Positions 48,476 through 56,598 of a DNA stretch of 64,000 bases are shown here, one piece after another. Origin of the DNA: Dethiobacter sp. (lineage in GTDB: Bacteria; Bacillota; Dethiobacteria; DTU022; UBA8154); assembly GCA_003605065.1 (NCBI GenBank), contig QZJM01000049.1:208-64207 (forward strand). The letters are read 5' to 3'. Each line of letters begins with the position of its first letter. Positions within the stretch are counted from its first letter, which is position 1. A program made the translations under genes and the position numbers. Below the pieces are notes generated by a model, which had not been told where the DNA came from, did no database searches, and saw only the letters and a list, made by a program, of their open reading frames with translations.

Positions 48476-48919
48476 TTAATGGATCTCCTCATCAGTCTGG
48501 TCGCTGGAAATAATGTCCTGGAAGTCATAGGTAAACTCTACCAGTTTAGGAGCCATAAAAATGCCGGCTTCGCACCTCAAAGCCAGGGCGACGGCATCAC
48601 TGGGCCTGGAATCCATTATCAATGTTTGACCTTTATGCTGTATATAAATTTCTGCGTAAAAGGTGCTGTCGATAATATCTGTGATTATTACTTTTTCTAT
48701 GGTCCCTCCCATATTTTCACACAAAGATTTGAGCAAATCATGCGTAAGGGGACGCGGGGGCATTTTCCCCTGTAAAACCAAAGCTATGGACTGGGCTTCA
48801 AAAGGCCCGATGGAAATAGGTAAAATTTTTGTTTCCTGCTCATCGGTCAATAAAACTAAAAAGCTGCCACCTTCATCCAAGGTCACCGCTTTTACTTTCA
48901 CCTGCAACAGCTTAACCAT
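48476..48919 (-). CDS. bifunctional nuclease family protein (DUF151)
   Basis: 147 aa. The conserved DSRPSDAVALALR motif is characteristic of the BFN/DUF151 family. Confidence 0.7.
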   Translation of the reverse strand: MVKLLQVKVKAVTLDEGGSFLVLLTDEQETKILPISIGPFEAQSIALVLQGKMPPRPLTHDLLKSLCENMGGTIEKVIITDIIDSTFYAEIYIQHKGQTLIMDSRPSDAVALALRCEAGIFMAPKLVEFTYDFQDIISSDQTDEEIH

Positions 48920-49053
48920 CCCCTCTCAGATTTATAAAGACCCGGGAAATATGCCAAAACTTATTCTTAAAATATAGGAAGATTAAAAAGCTGCTTACAA
49001 TTCATATTATAACAAATATTATCCGTGCATGTTATGAAGCCTTAAAAAAATAA

Positions 49054-50340
49054 TTAAAAAGTTGTCTTAAGCGTAACCTGGGCTTCCTGAAAATCATGTT
49101 CGGGAAAACTGAGTTTGTAGAACAATCTCAGATAAACCCAGATATTTTTTGTTACCAGAAATTCTTTTCTAACCTTTTCCCTGGCTGCCTCCCTCATATC
49201 ATCAGCCAGAACCGGGTTTCTCAGCAATTTTAAAACCTTTTGCGCGCACTCTTCCACAGTGTTCACCAGGTAACCGGTTACCCCATCCTCGATTTGCAGC
49301 TTTATACCTCCCACATTTCCGCCTATTACCGGAGTTCCCTTCCATAAGCTTTCGGCAACGGTAAGCCCAAATCCTTCCCGGAGTGATTTTTGCAGTATTA
49401 TATCTGAAGCCGTTTGAAAAGCATTAACCTCCAGGTCGGAAATACCGTTAAAATTGGTTACAACTTTAATGTCATAATCCTCTCCGGCCCGGCGCAGGGT
49501 CCGGTATAAATAATCCCACCCCTCGGGATCATCGGAAGCCATGGAACCTACCAAGGCCAACTGCACACTGGGAACTTCTTTTTTGACTATTTTATAAACA
49601 TCGATCACCCCCAGGGGATCCTTCCAGGGGTCAAATCTGGAGACCTGTGAAATCAACGGTCGACTGGCATCAATACCAAACCTGCCGGTAACAGCCCTGG
49701 CTTCTTCTAGCTCCAGGGGAATATTTTTAATACTGAGGGGATCAATGGAGGGGGTGATAAAAGTAATGTTTTTAAGATCGGCACCCTCTTTGACATAATC
49801 CTGCATGGTGAAAATTGTGGCATCATACTGGACAATGAATTTATATAGAAAATTCCAGTATTCCAAATTGGGGGTGGAGGTATCAATATGACATCGCCAG
49901 ATCCATTTTTCATGCTCTCTTTTTTCCCGGAATTCGATCAAAGCGGCGGGCTGCGGATCGTGAATTACAATAAAATCATAATACCAGTCTTTCATATACG
50001 ACGCATTCATTTTATTATATTTAAGGTAAGTTTCTATATCGCCGCAGGGCAGATCTCCTTCCTGGCCCTGCAGGCGGTTATGAAAGTTTTTTGTGATATT
50101 ATAAAACTCCTCATGCCCCAGGATCGTCCACCAGTCCACATCCACCCCCAGATCCTTCATCAGGGGCACCATGGAATGCAATTTTTCGGCTACACCGCCC
50201 CCATAAGCGGTGGCATTAATCATGGCAATTTTTTTTCCCTTTAACCTCTGCACTAAAAAATCAAGTTCGAATTCAGTTTCATCATCTATGAACTGGCGGT
50301 AATCATCAAAATTTTTCTTTTTCACCGTTACCAGCTGCAT
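49054..50340 (-). CDS. GT4-family glycosyltransferase, TreT (trehalose glycosyltransferring synthase)-like
   Basis: 428 aa. The C-terminal GT4 EX7E motif REGFGLTVAESLWKGTPVI. N-terminal domain typical of TreT-like enzymes. Divergent from treZ. Confidence 0.5.
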   Translation of the reverse strand: MQLVTVKKKNFDDYRQFIDDETEFELDFLVQRLKGKKIAMINATAYGGGVAEKLHSMVPLMKDLGVDVDWWTILGHEEFYNITKNFHNRLQGQEGDLPCGDIETYLKYNKMNASYMKDWYYDFIVIHDPQPAALIEFREKREHEKWIWRCHIDTSTPNLEYWNFLYKFIVQYDATIFTMQDYVKEGADLKNITFITPSIDPLSIKNIPLELEEARAVTGRFGIDASRPLISQVSRFDPWKDPLGVIDVYKIVKKEVPSVQLALVGSMASDDPEGWDYLYRTLRRAGEDYDIKVVTNFNGISDLEVNAFQTASDIILQKSLREGFGLTVAESLWKGTPVIGGNVGGIKLQIEDGVTGYLVNTVEECAQKVLKLLRNPVLADDMREAAREKVRKEFLVTKNIWVYLRLFYKLSFPEHDFQEAQVTLKTTF

Positions 50341-50477
50341 TTTCCTTCCTCCTCCATAAGTTCTTATATTCGGTTCTTATATTCGATGCTGTTAATCTTT
50401 CTTTCCATAATTTAACCAAGACATACGATCCTTAAACCAACAAAATTCATCCGGCAGGGACATAGAAGGCTCCAAAG

Positions 50478-52295
50478 ATGGTTATATTAACTATTATGAA
50501 AAAAATGGGAGCAAATATTTTAGACAGTAAAAATGGCAGGATTGGGTTCCGGGTATTTGCCTTTAACAAAAATAAGGTTGAGCTTCTACTGAAGAACGCC
50601 GATAAAGAAATCACCACCCTTATGCATGAGGAAGCACCCCACATTTACAGTACCGTTATGGAAAACGCCGGCCGGGATTTGTTGTATAAGTTTAGAATCG
50701 AAGATGAGGGAGATTTCCCCGACCCGTATTCCCATTTTCAGCCGGACGGTGTCCACGGTTTCTCCCGGGTAATAGATCACAAAAAATACCGGTGGAACGA
50801 TCACGACTGGCATGGTAAAGATTTAAGCCAACTGATCCTCTATGAACTTCACGCAGGCGCTTTTAGCCCGGAAGGAACCTTTAGAGCAGCCGCCGGCAAG
50901 CTTGAGTACCTGGTGGAACTGGGAGTAAACGCCGTGGAGCTGATGCCCGTAACCCAGACCCCGGGTAGATGGAACTGGGGATATGACGGGGCCACATTAT
51001 TCAGCGTCAATAAAAACTACGGTACTCCCGACGATTTGAAATATTTAATAGATAGATGTCACCAGAAAGGAATTGCCGTTATTCTCGATATGGTCTATAA
51101 CCATTTGGGCCCGGAGGGAAATTACCTCCCCGTTTACGGCCCCTACTTCACCTTTAAACACACCACTCCCTGGGGCGCTGCTGTAAACTTCGACGACCAG
51201 TACTGTGAATATATGCGTGCTATGGTGGTGGATAATGTCCGTTACTGGTTGGAAGAATACCATTTCGACGGTTTAAGGCTGGACGCCGTTCACGCTATAA
51301 AAGACGAAAGCCCCACTCACATCTTACAGGAAATAAAAGCCGCGACCCAAAAAACGGCTGCCGAATTTAACCGCAAGATTGCGCTGATCGCTGAAACAGA
51401 TGAAAATAACGTCAAAATTATTAACCCTCCGGAAAAAGGCGGGTATGACCTTGACGCCCAGTGGATGGATGACTTCCATCACACCATTCACACCATCTTA
51501 ACCGGGGAAAAAGGAGGTTACTATATTGACTACGGACGACTGGAGGACCTGCCAAAGGTTTACAAAAATTACCTGTACACCGGCGAATTTTCCCAATTCT
51601 GGCAGAAAGACCGCGGCAGTGACGCCTCCCAAAATCCCGGTTATCAATTTGTGGTCTCTATTCAAAACCATGACCAGGTAGGGAACCGTGCCGGCGGGGA
51701 AAGGCTCACCAGCCTGGTGGATTTTCCTTCCTTAAAAATTGCTGCGGGCTTGCTGTTTTTTTCTCCTTATATACCCTTACTTTTTATGGGTGAAGAATAT
51801 GCCGAAAAAAATCCCTTTTTATTTTTTACCAACTACGAGGACCCCCGGCTTAAAGCAGCAGTTTCCCAGGGAAGGAAAGAAGAATTTAAAGCGTTTGGCT
51901 GGGATAATTTTCATGATCCCGAAGACGACCAGACATTTTACAGCTCCAGGCTTACACCCCGGGATAACTGGGAAGAGCAAAACAAACAAATGTTTACTTT
52001 TTACCGGGATTTAATCAGCCTCAGGAAATCCCATCCCGCCCTCAACCACCTGGAAAAAGGGAACACAGAAGTAAAAGCAGACAAAGAAACCAGGCTGGTG
52101 GAAATCCACAGGTGGCATGGCGAAAGCAAACTAACAGGGCTTTTTAACCTCGGCGAGAACGATTTACCCCTTGACATCTACCAGGGAAAACAAATATTTA
52201 ATTCACAGTGGAAAAAGTACGGAGGAGATATTGAAGGAAACAGCGATGTTCTGGGGAAAAAAAGTATGATTGTGCTAGAATCCGCCGGAAAATAA
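50478..52295 (+). CDS. treZ: malto-oligosyltrehalose trehalohydrolase (GH13, E-set N-domain)
   Basis: 605 aa with GH13 regions (AVILDMVYNH, GLRLDAVH, EFNRKIALIAE, MDDFHH) and the TreZ-type N-terminal domain and length. Confidence 0.8.
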   Translation: MVILTIMKKMGANILDSKNGRIGFRVFAFNKNKVELLLKNADKEITTLMHEEAPHIYSTVMENAGRDLLYKFRIEDEGDFPDPYSHFQPDGVHGFSRVIDHKKYRWNDHDWHGKDLSQLILYELHAGAFSPEGTFRAAAGKLEYLVELGVNAVELMPVTQTPGRWNWGYDGATLFSVNKNYGTPDDLKYLIDRCHQKGIAVILDMVYNHLGPEGNYLPVYGPYFTFKHTTPWGAAVNFDDQYCEYMRAMVVDNVRYWLEEYHFDGLRLDAVHAIKDESPTHILQEIKAATQKTAAEFNRKIALIAETDENNVKIINPPEKGGYDLDAQWMDDFHHTIHTILTGEKGGYYIDYGRLEDLPKVYKNYLYTGEFSQFWQKDRGSDASQNPGYQFVVSIQNHDQVGNRAGGERLTSLVDFPSLKIAAGLLFFSPYIPLLFMGEEYAEKNPFLFFTNYEDPRLKAAVSQGRKEEFKAFGWDNFHDPEDDQTFYSSRLTPRDNWEEQNKQMFTFYRDLISLRKSHPALNHLEKGNTEVKADKETRLVEIHRWHGESKLTGLFNLGENDLPLDIYQGKQIFNSQWKKYGGDIEGNSDVLGKKSMIVLESAGK

Positions 52296-52431
52296 ACTAT
52301 CTCCGAATAAAGAAAGAAGAGAAAGAAATAATAAGGTAAAGGGGTGCCTGGAACAGGTGCCGGGCACTTAACTGTTTACTTATTGTTTCCTTCACTCTGT
52401 ATCGATATGCCAGATAAAAGGAGGTGTTAAA

Positions 52432-52779
52432 ATGACCATAGCACAAACATCTGTAGAAAAATACCAGAGCTGTATTGACGCTTGTAACCGGTGTATGCAG
52501 GTATGTGAAGAGTGCTTGCAGTCATGTTTGAAGGAGGAAGACGCCAAAGCCAGGGCCAGGTGTATTTCAATACTCAGGGACTGTGCCGATATTTGTTCCC
52601 TGGCCTCCCAGTTTATGGCCAGAAACAGCGAATTTTCCAGACAGCTCTGTGATTTATGCGCCACTATTTGTGATTCCTGCGCCGTTGAATGTGACAGATT
52701 CAAAGATCAACACTGCCGGCTGTGTGCCGACGAATGCCGCCGGTGTGCACAGGAATGCCGCCAGATGGCTAAAATATAA
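52432..52779 (+). CDS. cysteine-rich four-helix-bundle copper-binding protein (DUF326 family)
   Basis: 115 aa with 18 Cys arranged as repeated Cx2C/Cx3C (CIDACNRCMQVCEECLQSC ... CADECRRCAQEC). RBS AAAAGGAGGTG. Confidence 0.7.
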   Translation: MTIAQTSVEKYQSCIDACNRCMQVCEECLQSCLKEEDAKARARCISILRDCADICSLASQFMARNSEFSRQLCDLCATICDSCAVECDRFKDQHCRLCADECRRCAQECRQMAKI

Positions 52780-52791
52780 GCCGCAAGACGC

Positions 52792-52828
52792 AAAGAGAGA
52801 ATCCAACAAAACTATGATTCTCTCTTTC
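52792..52828. terminator. bidirectional terminator AAAGAGAGAATCcaacaaaactatGATTCTCTCTTT
   Basis: 12-bp perfect inverted repeat with T-rich flanks, between the convergent cysteine-rich gene and the Mrr-like gene. Confidence 0.55.
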
Positions 52829-52938
52829 TATTTAACTTGCTTACCCAATCCATGTCCGCTCTCTGTATACCTCTTTCTGCTCACCGAAAACCAGATACCG
52901 CACATATTCAGCATTCTGCTGCCGGCATGCTGGCGTAC

Positions 52939-53595
52939 TTAAATTCTTAAAAACCAATCATTATCAATTGTGACAGACTCTACTTTTATAATCTCAGTCT
53001 TTACCCCTAGTTTAATTCTGTAAATACCTTTTCCGTCAATTCCACCGTCACCGCTTCTGCCAGTTACTTCTACCTGTATAAAACCGGATTCCCTCAGAAG
53101 CCTTTGGACCAGTCTTTCAAAAGCATCTGGTTTCATATTGACTAATATGTTTTGAAGTTTAATTCTCCAATCCTCAATGTCTTCAGTTTCATCTACTGAA
53201 TCATCCTCTGAGACAATTTCTTTTTTTCCTCCACCTTTTGTTATTTTTTCTTTTGCAATTAACTCTCTTACCTTCTTAACAACATCACTGGGGTCTACCT
53301 CTCTAACATCTTGCCCGGTTGGAGTAAATGCCCATATACCCCTAGCTGAATTCTCAAGAATTCCATACTTTCTCAGATAAGTGCGGGTCCAGGCAAGACG
53401 ATACGCTACCTCACTCATACTTCCTTCTTTATTTTCGTGTGGTATTTCAAGTATTTCGTCCGGTAAATCAAGTATTTTGATTGTCTCTTCATATATTTCA
53501 GAAACTGAACCGGAACCACCCAGCTCTCTTAAGGCCTGAATTAAAGGATTCATCATTTGATCATAAGTCGGGATTTTCATAGTGCTTCTTGTCAT
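52939..53595 (-). pseudogene. Mrr-like type IV restriction endonuclease, C-terminally disrupted
   Basis: 218 aa with an Mrr_N winged helix and the start of the Mrr catalytic domain (FERLVQRLLRESGFIQVEVTGRSGDGGIDGKG), then a premature end. An out-of-frame remnant (SRKRY..., resembling the QCKRY motif) follows downstream. Confidence 0.5.
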
Positions 53596-53885
53596 ATGAA
53601 CCTCCTCAGCATATCAAAGTTTACCCGTACGTTTTTTTCCAAAGAATAGGAAATACGCCCTTCCCATTTGTTATTTGACTAAATAGATTGCTTACTCCAC
53701 TTTTCCATTTCATATCTACAATACGGAAGCCTATATTTTTGCATATCGCCAATTATAATGAACGGATGTTGAAACCATTTTAACCAACGATTTGTTGCTC
53801 AATTTCCGAATGATAAATCACCTATGTATATATAGTTATATAACTTCAAGATGAGTTTGGTTCAGCAAAAGTTAATTATTATAAT

Positions 53886-54347
53886 TTGGTAAAATGGATG
53901 AGTAACGACATTCAAATTTTAAGAGCTTATTATTACCACTGCCTTCCATATCAAAGCGATCCCCCCAGTGATGAAGAAAAAAAGAGATTTTCCAAGGCAC
54001 AGAAGTTTTTCAATAACCTGTCAAAATTGCCTCGATTCGAGGTAAGGTTAGGTGAATTAGCCTTTAGGGGTTATAAAAATACCGGTTCTCCAATTTTTGT
54101 TCAAAAAATGGTTGATATTTTGCTTGGAGTTGATTTAGTACTATTGGCAGCTAAACAAAGAATTTCCCATGCTGCTATATTTGCAGGAGACAGTGACTTT
54201 CTACCTGCAATAAAAGTAGCGAAAAACGAAGGTGTTATTATTACTCTTTTTCATGGGACAACCCATCCACCACACGATAACTTATGGGAAATTGCTGATG
54301 AAAGAGTTCCCCTTAATCAAGAAATTATTAATAAAATATTACGATAA
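53886..54347 (+). CDS. NYN-domain (LabA-like) protein, probably N-terminally truncated
   Basis: 153 aa with the GDSDFLPAI motif of the NYN/LabA fold. The usual N-terminal Asp motif is absent. AT-rich degraded DNA lies upstream. Confidence 0.5.
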   Translation: MVKWMSNDIQILRAYYYHCLPYQSDPPSDEEKKRFSKAQKFFNNLSKLPRFEVRLGELAFRGYKNTGSPIFVQKMVDILLGVDLVLLAAKQRISHAAIFAGDSDFLPAIKVAKNEGVIITLFHGTTHPPHDNLWEIADERVPLNQEIINKILR

Positions 54348-54352
54348 ATGTA

Positions 54353-54470
54353 TTGACACAATATAAACCGGATATTATAATAAATGCAGAATAGCTACTG
54401 GCGTTCGCGAGGATGTCAGTCAAGAATCTGTGTAACCCCACTTTTTATGAGTGGGGTTACTTTTTATAAA
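54353..54470 (+). ncRNA. candidate small RNA: consensus sigma-A promoter (TTGACA-17-TATAAT) followed about 50 nt later by a strong intrinsic terminator
   Basis: TTGACAcaatataaaccggatatTATAAT at 54353-54381. GTAACCCCACTttttatgAGTGGGGTTACTTTTTAT at 54432-54466. No convincing ORF or RBS between them. Confidence 0.45.
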
Positions 54471-54484
54471 ACATGAGGGGAATG

Positions 54485-56422
54485 TCAAACTGCTGCTGGG
54501 ACACCTTTTTTCAATCCGGCAAAGAATTCCTCTATCTGCTGCGGTTCCATGGCATCTATGGCACTCACCATGGAGGGGAAAAGGGGAGGGTAAAGGTCAT
54601 AAAGGTATGCGTACATTTTCTCCACCATATATTCCGTATCGTACACTTTTCCCCAAAGCCTCTGGATATGCTCCGTGGACATGAAAACGGCCTGGCAGTA
54701 ATCACGCATTAGTTCCAGCGCTTTTTTTAACTTGCTTGCCCAATCCATGCCAGCGTTGTTAACATCATAAAGCTCAACGGCTTTTTTTACGGCAATTTCC
54801 TTCCATTTAAAAACATGTTCTATCTCGCGGTACGCTGGCGACAGGTCAATACCCTTTTCCCCGGCAAGCCGCTCCATCCCGTACTGGAGATAATTTATAC
54901 GGCTGTCGATATAAATATCCAGCATCCTGACAATCCCCACGATATTCCTTTCATCCAGGTTCTCGGGTTGACGGCTAAGAATGAGACCTGCAGGATAATC
55001 TTCCATTTTTCTTAAAAGGGTTGAACACAGCAGGTAACCTTTAAGGCAGGGAAGTTTCTGCCTGCCTTCAGTCGGCCTCCATCCCCAGTTGCAGGCCCTT
55101 TTCATAATTCTTAGAAACATGATGATCTGCGTATCCGGATTTTCCTGCACCAGGTTGTAACCAGTGTCGTTAAAATGCTCGCTGTGTACAGGGATGCTAA
55201 GAGAAATGTTAAAGTTGTCAACCAGGGTATCGAATATCCCGCAAAAATACTTGCCGTTTTCCCAGAAAATATGGGGATGCTGGTATAAACCGGTTTTTTC
55301 CTTGTCATAACGTCCTACCCCCGTCACCCCGAGGGGAGGATAATGCCCGTCGGCTCTTAGAATCAACCTTATTTCCGGTGCCCAGCTAATACTGTCAAAC
55401 TCCAGTTCAGGTAAGGCTTCTATTCCTCCACTTTTCAGCACGTCATCAATATATTCATCCGGAGTAACAAAATGTATTTTAAACTTTCCTTTTGTCTCCC
55501 GTAAAATTTGTTTCCAGGCTTTTTCCATAATCTCTAGGGCAATATCGCCAAAATCCATTAACTCCAGATCCTGAATATGCACCAGCACCCCGCCGGGAGG
55601 AACGTTATGTAACTCTTTTCGCAAAACTTCTGTATAAATCTCTACCCCTTCGTCCAGGTTAATGGGAAATTTTTCCACCTCGTTATGCAGGTACTCATTA
55701 TCAAATACGGGAAAATCCCCAAGCATATACCCCTGAAATTTTACCTCTTCCCGCTTCATCCTGGTGATGGGGCGCCATATTTCCTGGGAAATAGGAAAGT
55801 TTCTCGGGAAGGCCAAAATGTTTTTCCGCTCCGTTTTAATCAGGAACGGTTTATATTTATAATCCCCTTCACCCTTTAATTTGAAAGGGACTTTTTCTTC
55901 ACTCAGGTGAGGGAAAATAATATAATCCAGGTTGGCTTTTTCAATGCCTCCCATCTTTGAGAATTTATATGAAGCCTCGGGAGCAAACAGTCCGTTGTAC
56001 TTGGGGTAAGGAACTCCCATATAGCTGTGCAGGTACTGCATATTCCACTGGATCTCCTGGGTTATCTCTTCCTCCCTGAGCAAAGAAACATGGGTGTGGT
56101 GGGCATGGCCGTAGAGGGGGTACAGCCTGCCCCTGGCATAACCCTCTTTTAACTTTTCAAAAGAGGAGGGCATAACATCCCGTATCTGGAACAAGAGTTC
56201 ATTTGTATACTCCACACACAAGGGAGCATTAATGCTCTCGGCAAATTTTATACTCAGGGAATAGATGTCCCTGCCTTCCTTCTTTCTTTTCTTTATATAA
56301 TTTTCATCCAGGATAGTCTCTTTCATGGGGTTATCATCACCAAGGTAAGAGAGAAGCATCTCCGGCAGGTCCCAGAGCAGTTCGTGGGCATGGAAAGCCA
56401 GTATTACGTAAATATCTTTCAT
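54485..56422 (-). CDS. glycoside hydrolase family 57-like protein
   Basis: 645 aa with an N-terminal AFHAHE...-type (beta/alpha)7 start and a LFAPE region resembling the GH57 nucleophile motif. Sits beside treZ/TreT-like genes. Family call is tentative. Confidence 0.4.
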   Translation of the reverse strand: MKDIYVILAFHAHELLWDLPEMLLSYLGDDNPMKETILDENYIKKRKKEGRDIYSLSIKFAESINAPLCVEYTNELLFQIRDVMPSSFEKLKEGYARGRLYPLYGHAHHTHVSLLREEEITQEIQWNMQYLHSYMGVPYPKYNGLFAPEASYKFSKMGGIEKANLDYIIFPHLSEEKVPFKLKGEGDYKYKPFLIKTERKNILAFPRNFPISQEIWRPITRMKREEVKFQGYMLGDFPVFDNEYLHNEVEKFPINLDEGVEIYTEVLRKELHNVPPGGVLVHIQDLELMDFGDIALEIMEKAWKQILRETKGKFKIHFVTPDEYIDDVLKSGGIEALPELEFDSISWAPEIRLILRADGHYPPLGVTGVGRYDKEKTGLYQHPHIFWENGKYFCGIFDTLVDNFNISLSIPVHSEHFNDTGYNLVQENPDTQIIMFLRIMKRACNWGWRPTEGRQKLPCLKGYLLCSTLLRKMEDYPAGLILSRQPENLDERNIVGIVRMLDIYIDSRINYLQYGMERLAGEKGIDLSPAYREIEHVFKWKEIAVKKAVELYDVNNAGMDWASKLKKALELMRDYCQAVFMSTEHIQRLWGKVYDTEYMVEKMYAYLYDLYPPLFPSMVSAIDAMEPQQIEEFFAGLKKGVPAAV

Positions 56423-56484
56423 AATAACACCCCTTTTAATTACTATAAAAATCTTGATACCCTTTCGCCCTTTTTATACCGTTA

Positions 56485-56530
56485 AAAGGGCATCAAAAAA
56501 TTACCTTAATATCTTACCCATAAATAATTA
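56485..56530 (-). terminator. intrinsic terminator after yhaN (TTACCTTAAT...ATTAAGGTAA + T6)
   Basis: 10-bp inverted repeat followed by TTTTTT on the minus strand. Confidence 0.5.
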
Positions 56531-56598
56531 AGGTAATAAACCTAAGCAACAAAAACAATAAAAAAACAAGGCTTTCATGATACGGATCCCCCTTCCCG

